A DNA stretch of 48,053 bases, taken from Vitrella brassicaformis CCMP3155 (lineage: Eukaryota > Protista > Chromerida). Each line of letters starts with the position of its first letter. Position 1 is the first letter of the stretch. Where the stretch lies: positions 1 through 48,053 of the forward strand of contig CDMY01000579.1 in assembly GCA_001179505.1 (NCBI GenBank), written 5' to 3'. Below are positions 1 to 11,500 of the stretch, piece after piece. Both the position numbers and the translations under genes were made by a program. The notes beneath the pieces were generated by a model. That model did no database searches. It was not told where the DNA came from and saw only the letters and a program-made list of their open reading frames with translations.

Positions 1-571
1 GGCCGCCTGGCTGTCGGGACGTCTGATTGTGACGCACATCAGTGTGTGTGCGTGCAAAAAAAAAAATGCCCACCGGCCTGATTGACAGCAGTGAATATGA
101 CTCACCAAACACACCAACGCACAGGGGCGGGCCAGGAGGCAATGGGGGCCGGCTGAGAGGAGGACGCGGGCGAGGCGGCGGGGCAGGTGACACCCGCCGT
201 CGTGGCCACTAGGAGATCGCCCACATGAGGCGGGCTGGACGTCCGCTTTGTGTTTTGGGACGGTTGTGGGGCGGGAGGGGGGAGGGGAGGGGAGAGGGTA
301 TGTGAATGCATTTGTATGGATGAGCTGACTGACTGACCGTTCCTTGACCGTTTGGTTTTCCCAGAGATGTGTCCATCTGGCTGCCATGGTGTCACGCTGG
401 CGAGGTGGCCGGCCAGTGGACACATCTCGACTTCTTGGCTTATTGTGCCTGGCCGCCTGGCTGTCGGGACGTCTGATTGTGACGCACATCAGTGTGTGTG
501 CGTGCGTGTGTGTGTGTGTGTGTGTGCGCCTGATTGACAGCAGTGAATATGACTCACCAAACACACCAACG
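1..571. repeat. Direct repeat of ~120 bp (copies 1-119 and 451-571)
   Basis: GGCCGCCTGGCTGTCGGGACGTCTGATTGTGACGCACATCAGTGTGTGTGCGTGC ... GCCTGATTGACAGCAGTGAATATGACTCACCAAACACACCAACG is present twice. The middle differs: an A-run plus TGCCCACC in copy 1, (GT)n in copy 2. Copy 1 is cut by the window edge. Confidence 0.9.
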
Positions 572-745
572 AGAGAATGACAGCGGGTATGCATCAAATG
601 GGGGAAGGAGGTATTGGGCACTTTGTGTTTTCGGTGGTAAGTGTGGTTGCGAGGGAGGGGAGACACAAGGGAGGAGAGTTATGCGTCTCTTACTATAGCG
701 TGCCTGCGTCTGTTTGAAGGGGGGAGGGGCGTGTGTGGCTGCCAT
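102..745 (-). CDS. Possible 5' exons of an unidentified gene continuing past the left edge
   Basis: Pro/Ser-rich minus-strand ORFs (554-823, 102-425) both end in RWCVW next to a GGTGAG donor-like site. No recognisable domain; could be non-coding. Confidence 0.25.
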
Positions 746-991
746 TGTTCGTGAAGCTGAGAGAGAGGGCTTATGTCGGTCGGACAAATGACAATCGAGC
801 GGTTTCCAGAGGTTCAACAACATAATTCAAACTAGGCGCTGATACCGTCATGGAGTTGCATGAATCGTGCGATTGTTTTGGATTGGAAGTTCTTTCACAC
901 CGGGTACGCCTCAAGTAGCGATTTACTCGCACATGCATCTGTCCAGGTATACGTCCATCTCATCAACAGCTAGATGGATCGATCCGCTCAC

Positions 992-1863
992 TCACTCGCC
1001 GCCTGCGCCTCTGTACAGGTATGTCTCTGGCAGCACCGGGGAGTTGGGCGTGGTGTACATGCCCCGGTGTCCTCCGCTGGACACAGCCACACTGAGCCCT
1101 CCCGCTGGCGAGGCCTCCTGCTCATCCGGCGGCTCATCGCGATCACGCCCTCCAAACAAGCCTCCTCGGGCGGACGAGCGCCACGTGAATGCACCGCCTG
1201 TCCCGCCCTCACTCCCTGCATAGGCCACATACATACAGACAGACAGAGATGGATAAGGAGGGCAATGGCATCGCCAGGATGTCCAAAGAGCTACCGCTCT
1301 CCAAGGTGCCGAAACTGATCACGTTGTACTCAGGGAGATCGCCGGACTTGTAGAGTATGCCCCGGAGGAGACACAGCCCCAAGGGCGTCACAAGCGCAAT
1401 ACAACTATAGGAAACAGAGGACACACACAGACAGAGACACTGACAGTCGGCCGCGGCTTCATGTTCTGTGTCTCCGTGTGGACACGTACCCAATAATGAA
1501 CCACATTAGTTGTGAGTTGCGGGGGCCTTTGGCGGGACAAAATGTCGCTAAAAGATGCCCTGCAGATGAGCAAAGGAGACAAAATATGAGCACGGTTATC
1601 ATGTGATTATTTCGTGGCCTTTATGTTATGACCTGATATGCCTCCAGTGACGAGTTTGGCCACGAACCGAGGCGCAGACATAAGCCCTACGTATGTGCCC
1701 TCTCTGCCCAGCGGTGCGACAATGACGCTGTATTCCTGGAACCGTGGGTGCCACAGCAGCTCTCCGAGCGTCAGGACGACAATCGCCACCACGGTGAGGG
1801 GCACGGTGGTGCCCAGCGACATCGCAAACACAGAGAACGAACTGATCCAACAACCAACCTTAG

Positions 1864-1894
<31 letters not shown>

Positions 1895-3161
1895 CATGAG
1901 TTCAGGCGTGATGTAAGGCCAGCGTCTGTCTGACCAATATCGAGTCGTAGACGGAGAAGAGGTGCAGATAGGAGCTGCTGATCCATGCCAGACAGAGGAT
2001 CATCTGACCAAGTCGCATAGACACCGTGATGCGTGACGCCAGCCGATGGATTGGAAGATTTCCGAGCTCACCAAGGGATTGATGGACACAATGAGCTCGA
2101 ATGGAGCATCCGAGTGAAACTCTCGCACAAAGTACCTGCCACGTCAGCAACCAGGACATATAGAGTCTCCTTCTCTTGCTCTTCCGTGTCTCGTGCTTTG
2201 TTACTTTGGGAACGTTGCGCCCATGTGTCTGAGGAGGCCGGAGCTGCCGAGCGACACCAGGCAGGCAACCGCTGCAAACCTCCAGAACTTGGCGTCGCGG
2301 AAGGCCTCGTTGACTATTTCGCTGACCGACCCCCTCCTGAATGGCACATACAACCTCATTGGTATCATCGCCGCACTGTCCCTTATCATCGCTGCACTGT
2401 CCCTTCTCACGCGTGTGCATACCTGGGCAAGAAAGGCTTTGTCAGTTGTGTATTCTCGTCGATCATGACGTCCCTCAATGTGAAGGCCGCAAGCACCTGC
2501 ACAAAGGTCCCCAAGGCGCCAACGAAGAGATACAGCCGCCAGCAGCATATCGGCAGCTGAAGGAGAGGACTCGCCGTCAGCAGGCTCCGCGTAGTGGTGA
2601 GGAAGAGGCCGGCCAGTAGGGCCGCCAGATTAGTCGTGATATAGGCCAGGCCGAATGCAAATGTCCTCGATCTCTCCACTGTATAGCGCCGGAGGGCCAG
2701 CTTGCACACCGGGATGGTCATGGCCGCCCCAACGGGCAGGCCACCCAGCAGGAAGGACAGCAGCACCGCTCTGTTGCCTGTGAGGGCGATGGCGAAGCGG
2801 CTGAGCACCTCGATGCTGCTGCCGATGAGGAGCGAGTTGCGCACGCCGATGTTGTCGACGATTGAGCCGAAGAGGACACACATGAGGGTAATGAGCATGC
2901 CGTAGGCACCATACAGCCAACCGGCGGCCTCATCACTGAATGCAAACTCCTCAGTCTGACCACACACAGACCACACACTCCTCGCCATGCGCTTCATCTG
3001 AATGTGCGCAGGGATGATTGATGTGTAGATGCAGATACCAGGTAGATGACCAGGACGAGATCCAGCCCCTGCATGGCAAATGCATCGAAGAAGTCGATGA
3101 GATAGAGCGTTGGCAGCTCACGGGGCGACTGCGCCACCAGATGAAAGGCACCGCCCTCCAT
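992..3161 (-). CDS. Major facilitator superfamily transporter (POT/peptide-transporter-like), multi-exon
   Basis: Spliced exons read MEGGAFHLVAQSPRELPTLYLIDFFDAFAMQGLDLVLVIYL | TEEFAFSDEAAGWLYGAYGMLITLMCVLFGSIVDNIGVRNSL (MFS motif-A-like) ... RSRTFAFGLAYITTN ... TLGELLWHPRFQEYSVIVAPLGREGTYVGL ... GHLLATFCPAKGPRNSQLMWFIIG. Many hydrophobic helices; GT-AG introns. The last exon and stop at 992 are less certain. Confidence 0.85.
1869..1894. repeat. (AG)n microsatellite in an MFS intron
   Basis: Perfect AG run. Confidence 0.95.
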
Positions 3162-3274
3162 TGAGGGAACGCCTCAACCCGAAGTGTGCATCTCACCACA
3201 CCGCCTTGGCCACACGATGAGGATCCAAAGACTGCCATTGCCGAATTTACTTTACAAACAGGGGCCGCGATGCG

Positions 3275-4867
3275 ATGATTTTCCCATTGGCCGCCTTCTC
3301 CGCCCTCCTGCCGCTCGCTGCACTGCAGGAAGTGCACAAGAAATCCCCAGCGACAGATTCCTCTCTCGTTGGGGATGACTTGTGCACTTCCTCAATATGC
3401 CTGTCTGAGTTTGATGGCCACGATGAAGGGCCCGGCCTGCGAGAGCTGCACTACTTCCTCACTCAGCCGCACATCCAGCGGACACGCCATCCTTTCACCA
3501 TTGACAAAGTGGAGAGGTTGCGGCAGATGGGCCTTGATCTGTTCAGCAACACGCTGATGCTCCTCGGTTGCAGCAGGAGCCAGGATGCTGCCTGTCCAAG
3601 CCCTCTCCCTCTGTTGGAGTCGGTGCAGGAACGCCTGAAGGGGTTCTTTTCTGTTTCCATGGACGGCGACAGCAGTTCCCTCCCGATGGACGGCTCCCGC
3701 AGCACTCTTATTCAGCACCTCTGGAGGCTGCGCAGCGATCTCTCACGGCCCCAGCAGGACATATCGGTCGCAGCCCAGCTGGCCAGCCGGGATGCATCCC
3801 TTTTTGGCTCAGCGGCTGAGATCCTCTTGCACGCGGTCGGTCTTGTGGCCCAGCGTCTTCACTTTCTCACGTGGCAAATCGAGATGCAGGCGTGGCTGCA
3901 GAAGAGCAGTGCCGAGTATGACGGCTCTCCCAACTTCAACCTAGACACGGCATACGGCACGAGAAGGGAGGTGGTCGAGTTGTTGCTGAGGCGGATGGAG
4001 AGGAGCGGCGTTGAGAGGCCAGCTGTCCTGGAGCTCGGCGTGTACGAGGGAGAGCTAGCCTTCCATCTGCTGCGGGCGTTCCCCAACATGAGCTATGTCG
4101 GTGGGTATCGGCAATGGCAGGATTGGCACCATTCATTCATTTCCACTTTGTTTGTTTGCATGTGCAGGTGTGGATGCGTATTTCAACGATGAGTTCGCCC
4201 CTGGTTCGCCCCAGAATCAGCTCTTTGAGCTTGTCCATCAGCACGTCGCCAAACGGATGGAAGGTAGGTGGCAAAGCGCACGGCAGCCCTCGCCAATTCC
4301 TGCGTGTCTATCTCTCTCCCTCTCTGCAGATTACCAGGACAGAGCCATCTTACTGAAGCTGTCCTCCGAAGAGGCCTTGAAGGTACGCCCCACCAACACA
4401 CTAGTGGCAGGGATGGAGGAATGCCTTTTTGTCGTGTTTCTTTCTCGTGTCAGATTGTGCCAAAAGGGGCCTTTGACTTGATCTTCATCGACGCAGACCA
4501 CCGCTATCAGCATGTAAAGCACGACTTGGAACACGTGAGCCAACGACACGCATGAAACACGGGTTCTCATTTTGACCTGACATCTCTCTCCTCCCCTCCC
4601 CCACCCACATGTGTCTCTGCCCTTCAGTGGTCAGAGAAGGTTCGTCCGCAGGGCATCTTAGCAGGTCATGACTTCAGCCCCGAGTGGCCTGGCCCCGTGC
4701 AGGCAGTCTTTGAGCTGCGGAAGAGCAAACCCGTCAACTTAGGCATGTCAAGTGTTTTTTACTGGTGGGAGAGATATGGGCTGGGATGCATATCTGGTTG
4801 TGTATATGTCTCTCTGAATTCTCTTCTTCTTGATGGATGCAGGTATGTTGGTGTGGACGACGATTAA
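3275..4867 (+). CDS. Class I SAM-dependent methyltransferase (Methyltransf_24-like) with N-terminal signal peptide
   Basis: N-terminus MIFPLAAFSALLPLAALQ; motif I VLELGVYEG; spliced VDAY; FDLIFIDADH; VRPQGILAGHD; C-terminal LGMSSVFYWW. Stop TAA at 4865-4867. Confidence 0.85.
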
Positions 4868-5149
4868 CTCGAGTGACACACACACATGTCCGTATGCGAA
4901 ATGAAGAGCGTGGTAGCCAGGACGGCTGCCGCTTGACGGAAAAAGCTTTAGGCGACATGCGATGATGAGTCAGTCAGTCAGTCCATGTACAAAAATGGCA
5001 CATGCACATGCTCGACCCACCGTGCAGCACACATGCATCCACTCGATGTCCGTCCTCCTCGCAGCCATAGAGTGCGATCGTCACCGCACATCAGCCACCC
5101 TTTCCTCTCTGTGACGCTCCCGTCGTATCAGCTCCTTCTCTACTGCTGG

Positions 5150-8100
5150 CTAGTCCCTCACTGCCTCGACCTCCTTGTGCTGCCGTCTTGTTGGTGCGTC
5201 GGGCAGGCTAATGCTCGCCGTCTCGCGGTGTCTTCTGTGCCGTCTTCGCCGTCTGAAACGCCGTCTGCCGGCTATAAGGGACCTCGGATGCGCCACAGCC
5301 AGACAATCAGCGCCGCTAAAGCCTGCATGTGGGTAGACAGACAGTTGAGGGAGAGAGGGAAGGTCAAATGATAGGAGCAGGCAATCTGCGTCACCTGCGT
5401 AGCAATTGCATCTGCGTGTGTGGGTGTCGCAGTCGCCATTGCCGCCACACGCGGCGTTGTCGTTGCCTGGGCACACACCGCCCTTGCTGATGGGCGTACG
5501 TGGGTCGATCTCCGCCACTAGTGATGCATCGGATGTGTCACAGGCCGCCCCCTGCCACCCACTACCGCACAGACACGCCCCGTTGACGCACAGACCATGG
5601 CCATTGCAGTTGTCGCGACACTCCGGCAGCTGGATGTCGCAAGCCACACCTACCGAGTACAAGAATAATTGGGTGTCTGTCTGCAGACCGTTTGACAGAG
5701 TCTGTCCGTTCTTCCACTGACCTGTGAAGCCTTCATCGCACTGGCACTGATTGGTGTGGACATCGCAGCGGCCATGAGTGCCGCAGCCGACCCCACCGCC
5801 GCAGGCAGCCGATATTGAGAGCACTGCAGGGGTGGTGGCGGACGGGGTGGGCTCTTGTCGCTGCTGGCACTCATCACCCGTCCACCCTTCGTCGCACACA
5901 CACGTGCCTGGGTCGTCGCATGTGCCGTGTCCGCTGCAGCAGAAGCTGGTCGAACAGTCGATGCCCTTCCAGCCGGCGAAACACAGACACGCACCCTGAA
6001 CCAACACAGAAAGAGAGGCATATGATCCATGGTTTATTATGTGTGTGTAGTCGATGGCCTGACCTCGACACAGTCTCCGTTGTGTGAGCATTCGTTCGGA
6101 CAGGCGTGCTCGCACAAATGGCCACTGCAACCAAAGCGAGAGAGACAAAGGGAAATGCAGACAGGTGGGAATGGCATCGTGTACACCCTGCACCTGTACC
6201 TGTATCCTGGATCGCAGTCGCACACGCCGTCGCGACACTTGCCGTGTCCGTTGCAGTCATCGTCACACGACTTCTCGGGGTTTGTCCTCAGCGTCCACAT
6301 GGACGACCGCGAGTCTTGCATCAGGCTGGACAGAGGGTGCATCTGCAGCGACGACGTCTGGTACTGCCCGTTCTCCACCGAGCAGTCCACCCCGCCCCAT
6401 CCGTCCTCACACGCACAGCTGCCCTCGTTGCAGACCCCCCTCCCATTGCACTCGACCGATGACACGCCTACGGGCGGGCATCGTTTGTCGGCGCATGAGG
6501 GGCCCTTCCACTCCAGCTGGCAGGTGCACAGGCCGCCCTCACACGTGCCGTGGTCGCCATTGCAGCCGTCCAGACATGCGTCGGGGGATGCTGTGGCCGT
6601 GGATGGGAATGTGGCGAAGGAGGACTGGTCTGCGTCGGATGGTTGCAGCAGCTGGGCATGCACTCGTGTCTCGCAGTGTGGGCCGGAGAACCCCGCCACG
6701 CATATGCAGCCCATCTCCTCGCACACACCGTTCACGCCACAGTCGCCATCAGTAGCACATGCGGCACCAGCCGACGTCGCCATGTCCCTGCCCGCCAATG
6801 GCCGCCCCGTGTCGACCTCGTCGTGTGTTGTGAGAGCCGCCCGCGGACCGTTGCGAGGGAGGGATGGGGGGGATGAGTCGCCTTGCTGCCTTCCCTCCAA
6901 ACTGTCGAGGCGATGCAGAAGCATCTTCACTCTAGACTCGAGCTGGCCCAGCTTGGTGCCGCCGCCACCCTTCGGTTGGAGGTCCCGCAGCTTGCCCAGC
7001 AGCCGAATCGCCTCAGCTTTGTCGTCCCTCTTGGTGTGCGGTGTCGTGACCGTCTGGGGTGCTGGCTTGCCGACAAAGGTTGCGAGATCCTCGGGAGTGT
7101 CGTCATTGCTGTTGCCTTCAGGGGCTGCTGGCTCGGCTGCTGCGGGGGACAACTGCTGCACGATGCCTCTCAGACGTGTGACCAGGGAGGGGTCAATGCG
7201 TAAGGCAGATCCGCGTGGTGCTGTGAGGGCCTGCAAGAGCTGCTTGCTGTAGAAGGCAGCGTCGGGTGAGCTGAGTGAAGAGTCCGTGGGCAGGTACTGG
7301 CTGGCATCGCCCCCAGCATCAGATGGATCGCTCAGAGGGCTTCTCATATCGACATCCTCGTCAGCAGCTGGCGGCACGGCATCCTTCACAAAGAGATACT
7401 GCAAAAGGAAGAGAGACCCATGAGCAACACACTCTATTCTTTCTTACATCATGGCTCACCGGGCTGTACACTTGCTGATTGCACGTTTCTCCGCCCCAGC
7501 CATTGTGACAGTGGCATTGCCCGGCCTCGCATATGCCATGACCTGCAGGCACGAGCAACGACACGACACGACGTGTGGAGAGGCACTCGGCTGCTCGTCA
7601 ATCACCGTATGCAAAGATCCTTGCCTGAGCAGTCCGTCGGGCATAGCTCTTGAATGAAGCAGGTAGCCCCGGTCCACCCAGCGCCGCACACACACTTACC
7701 TGACACACAGGGGCGTGGACAATACCATGGGAAATGGTACTGTCGTCTGCTGCTGGTGCCACGTACCGTCTACACATTGTCCATTGGGAGCGTTGCAGTC
7801 GTCTGGGCAAGGCTGCGGTACATTGCATACGTCGCCAGTCCACCCGCCCTCGCACTCACACATCTCGACTCCACCACTGTGGGTGCACCGCCCGTGGCCG
7901 GAGCATGCCCTCAGGCACCGATACCCATACCTATTGTCGTCCACCAGTTCCCCGCCCCTCTCCTCCCCCGTTGCATGCTGGACGGCAGAGGCACCCAGCG
8001 ATATATCATCCTCATCCTGTGTCGGCACAACAGACAGGAACAGCCTATCAGGCAGGGACCGCAATGTTTGTCGTGTGGACGTTGCACACCTGTGCCAGCA

Positions 8101-8419
8101 GTCGGAAGCTGCAGTCGGGCCCCGCCCATTGGCCGTGGCAGACGCAGAAGCCGTTGATGCACCGGCCATGGGACGAGCAGCCGTGGGCGCAGGAAATGAC
8201 GGACGCAGCTGCGTGGCTGGACACCTGGACCAGCGAGGGATGAAAGCCGTCATCGGCTCTCAAGATACCTGACGCAAACACCCATGGGACGGGAGATGCT
8301 CCAAATGGAACCAAACACTTACCATTCGTCTTGTTTGTGGCTGCATCTGCCGCCCGTACACCGCCAACGGCACCCACAAGAATCGACAAGAGGAACCAGA
8401 GGATGCTCGTGGCTTTCAT
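5150..8419 (-). CDS. Secreted tenascin/teneurin-type EGF-repeat protein (~13 EGF-like repeats)
   Basis: Signal peptide MKATSILWFLLSILVGAVGGVRA. Repeated units of the form C-x3-C-SxHGxC-x4-CxCxxGWxGxxC, e.g. CAHGCSSHGRCINGFCVCHGQWAGPDCS and CRDNCNGHGLCVNGACLCGSGWQGAACD. No transmembrane helix seen. Confidence 0.9.
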
Positions 8420-8553
8420 GATGGCAATTCTCCATCCTCTGACGCCCTCATGCCCCTGGGGACTCCTTCCAAAGAGTGAATTTACGTGAGTGGATCGCGG
8501 GTGACAGATCGTGTGCTGTTGACGGTTCATGACGTGATAGTACGCTGTAGCTG

Positions 8554-11500
8554 ATGGCGGCCGCAAAGGAGCGGGAAGACGTTGAAGTGCGGGTGGACAT
8601 CGTACCTGATGGCGGTGGCGTAGAGGAGGGTGCCGGAGGGATTGATGATGAAGATGCCCTCCGCTCGCTGTTTGAGGCCTCCAATGGCGTCTATTGGGCA
8701 GCACAGGAGGATGACGCGAGCCTCCTGCTGCCCATTATGGTCGTCAAGTACGACACACCGTCCTCTTTCTCTGGTCTCCGCCCCCCCGACTCATCCGAGA
8801 TGGAGAAGGGAGCCTTCGGATACGGCATCTACTCGTTCCATCAGGAGAAATAGTAGGCCAAACACGGTGCAATGCAATCTGCAATCCTCTCCACATGTGG
8901 TGCATGGATTTGCTCAGCGAGGATCCGAGGTTCTTCCGTCTGTCGTCGTGTAGAGACTTTGCCGAGGGGTATGACGCCTTGAGCGGCCAATACGTGCAGG
9001 TATGTATGGTGCACACATGCACATACGCCGTACACAAACACCAGTGTGCCCTTGAGTTTGCTTCAACGCAGAGCCCCAAGCTTGCCTCTTCCCAGTCCGA
9101 GCGCCAGGCGCTGCTGTGCGAGGTGCAGGCCCGTCGGCAGGGAGTGGTGATCAGCCGCGGCGTCTCACCACCCGCCGAGCAGGAGGGGGATGGCGAGAGG
9201 GCCGAGGGTGGCGGCGATGACGACGATCCGATGGATGTCGACCTGGGGGGCGGGCAGGATGGCGACGATCCAGGTGACGAGGACTTCGAGGCCGACGATG
9301 ACGAGGATGATGACCTCGAGGAGCGCGAGGAAGACGATGTCGAGAGGCGGAAGAGGTGGGGCAACGGACAATGATGTGTATGGCTGACAGGCAGCCGTTG
9401 ATGTGTTTCTCCGTGTTCAGCGACCGTCTGCAGAAGAAGCGCGAGCAGCAGCGGATAGCGGATAGTGAGTCCAACATGCAGTCGGCAGGGAAATCGCAGG
9501 CCAGTGGGCGGTACCGGCTCCGCAGTCAGAGGCCCGCCCCTGCCCCCGACCACGACTCCCTGGACTCGCGCAAGCCGCCCACCAAGCGCAAGAACCCCTC
9601 GCGTGCTGCCCGCAAGGGCGGCCGCAGGAACATGCGGCGGGGCACTGATCCAGATGACGATGAGGTGGGTCCATCTGATGCACAGGGAGAGGGGATGGCA
9701 TTCATTGTGTCTGTGTGTGACGGTATGTGTGTGGTCATGCAGGCGTGGGAGGCCGACGGTGACGAGGATGAGGAGGACGGGGCTGACGAGGGTGCGTACG
9801 TGGGTCGGTCGCGGGGCGGGCGGTCCAGGGGGGCCAAACCCAAGAAGGAAGACGATGACAATGAGTTTGAGGTGCAGGTGAGGGCACACGCGCACAAACC
9901 CCCAGCAACCCCGCCGCACACACACAAAGGGTGGAGCCCGTTGGTCTGTTGGTCTAACACGTCTGTATATGTATGTATGCAGGATATCTTGAGTTGCAAG
10001 CGCCAGGCCGACGGCTCGTATCGCTGGGAAGTCCAATGGGTGGGTAGGAGAAACAACCGGCTAACCAGCCAGCCACTCAGCACCTCCGCTCCCACATGTC
10101 CGTCCGCTTATCCATCCGCCTTGGCTGTGTGTGTGTTGGCCGTACACAGGTCAACGGCGACGTCACATTTGAGCGTCGGGAGAACATGTGCCACCCCAAT
10201 TTGAAGCGTCAATGTGACAAACTCCGAGATGACCTTCGCAGACGAGAGGCCGATGAGGCGGTATACAGTCAAACACCACACATACACGTCATGGCATACG
10301 GACACCTGGATAAACAATGTGTCTCTTTGCACTGTGCTGGGTGTTGCAGAAGGGCCACCCCGCGGCCTCCTGCGACCCCCAGGACTTCAAAGTGGTCGAA
10401 GGATTCTCAATCAAGGCACGCACACGGAAACAACACCCACTGATCACGCACACGGAAACAACACCCACTGATGGCTTCGCACTCTCCATCTCTTCGCCCG
10501 TGATGGATGCCCCTTTCTCTGTCTGTGTCTGTGTGCAGGCTTGGCGGCTGCCTGGCGGTGCGCAGGAGATCACGGAGGGCGTAAGGCCCGAGTATCTTCT
10601 GCTGCAGAAGGGCAGATCGTACCGGTAAGCGCGTTTCCGTGTGGATTTGCACACAGCACTGAGTGAGGTCTTGTTTGCATATGTCTGTGTGTGGTGGTGA
10701 TATGGGTCGCTCAGTGAGGTCGAGTGGGTCGGCGAGGAGGATCTGCTCAAGTGGTCGACCACGAACAACCCCCAGAGCAGCGCATACGCAAAGGCACACC
10801 TGACGGCGTGGAAGAAAAAGGACATCCCCTTCGGCCTGGACCGTACGGACACACAGACACGCACAAGGGCACGGACGGACTCGCCTGCTCATTCGCTTCT
10901 CGCCTGTGTTGGTGTGTGCGTGTGGATGTGCAGCCCAGCAGGAGACGGAGATGGAGTTGTTTCGGCAAATCGACACCATCATCTGCTGCAGACGCTCACT
11001 GGTACGGTTACGGTCATTGCGGGGCTCTCTTTCTTTTGCACTCACAATGTGGTCATGTCATACCTCCTCCGTCTTCTTTTCTGCAGCATGATCCCGACAG
11101 CAAGGAGTACTTCGTCAAGGTGAGATCGGCAGGAAAACGACGTTCCATTGATAAGACGATGGGTCGACTGTGTCGATTATGCTCTCCTCTCTACGTGTAT
11201 TGTGCAGTGGCGTCACCTCTCCGTGTCGAATGCCACCTGGGTGAGCGAGTGCAATATCCAAATAGATGTTTGTGGGTGGGTATGCCTGGCACATGTCGGG
11301 GTGTGCATCAGGAGGACCTCTCGGCCCTGACGTCGCCCGAGGACCAAGAGGCCATCGACAGGTACAGAACCAGCCACAGGGAGGGAGAAAGGGAGGGAGA
11401 GAGGGATGCCATGACTATACCTTCATTTCTTTCTGTTTTGTGTCAGGTTTGAGTTTCATAATGATCACAGGAGGGCGGGCTCCTTCGAGCAGTTCCTCGA

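Noticed and set aside
2362-2403. 21-bp tandem repeat translating as DSAAMIRDSAAMI
   Set aside because: It appears to lie inside a short MFS intron; a trivial slippage duplication.
4741-4845. Possible GC-donor intron or frameshift at the methyltransferase 3' end
   Set aside because: The frame reads through LGMSSVFYWW to TAA at 4865-4867 without any non-canonical event.
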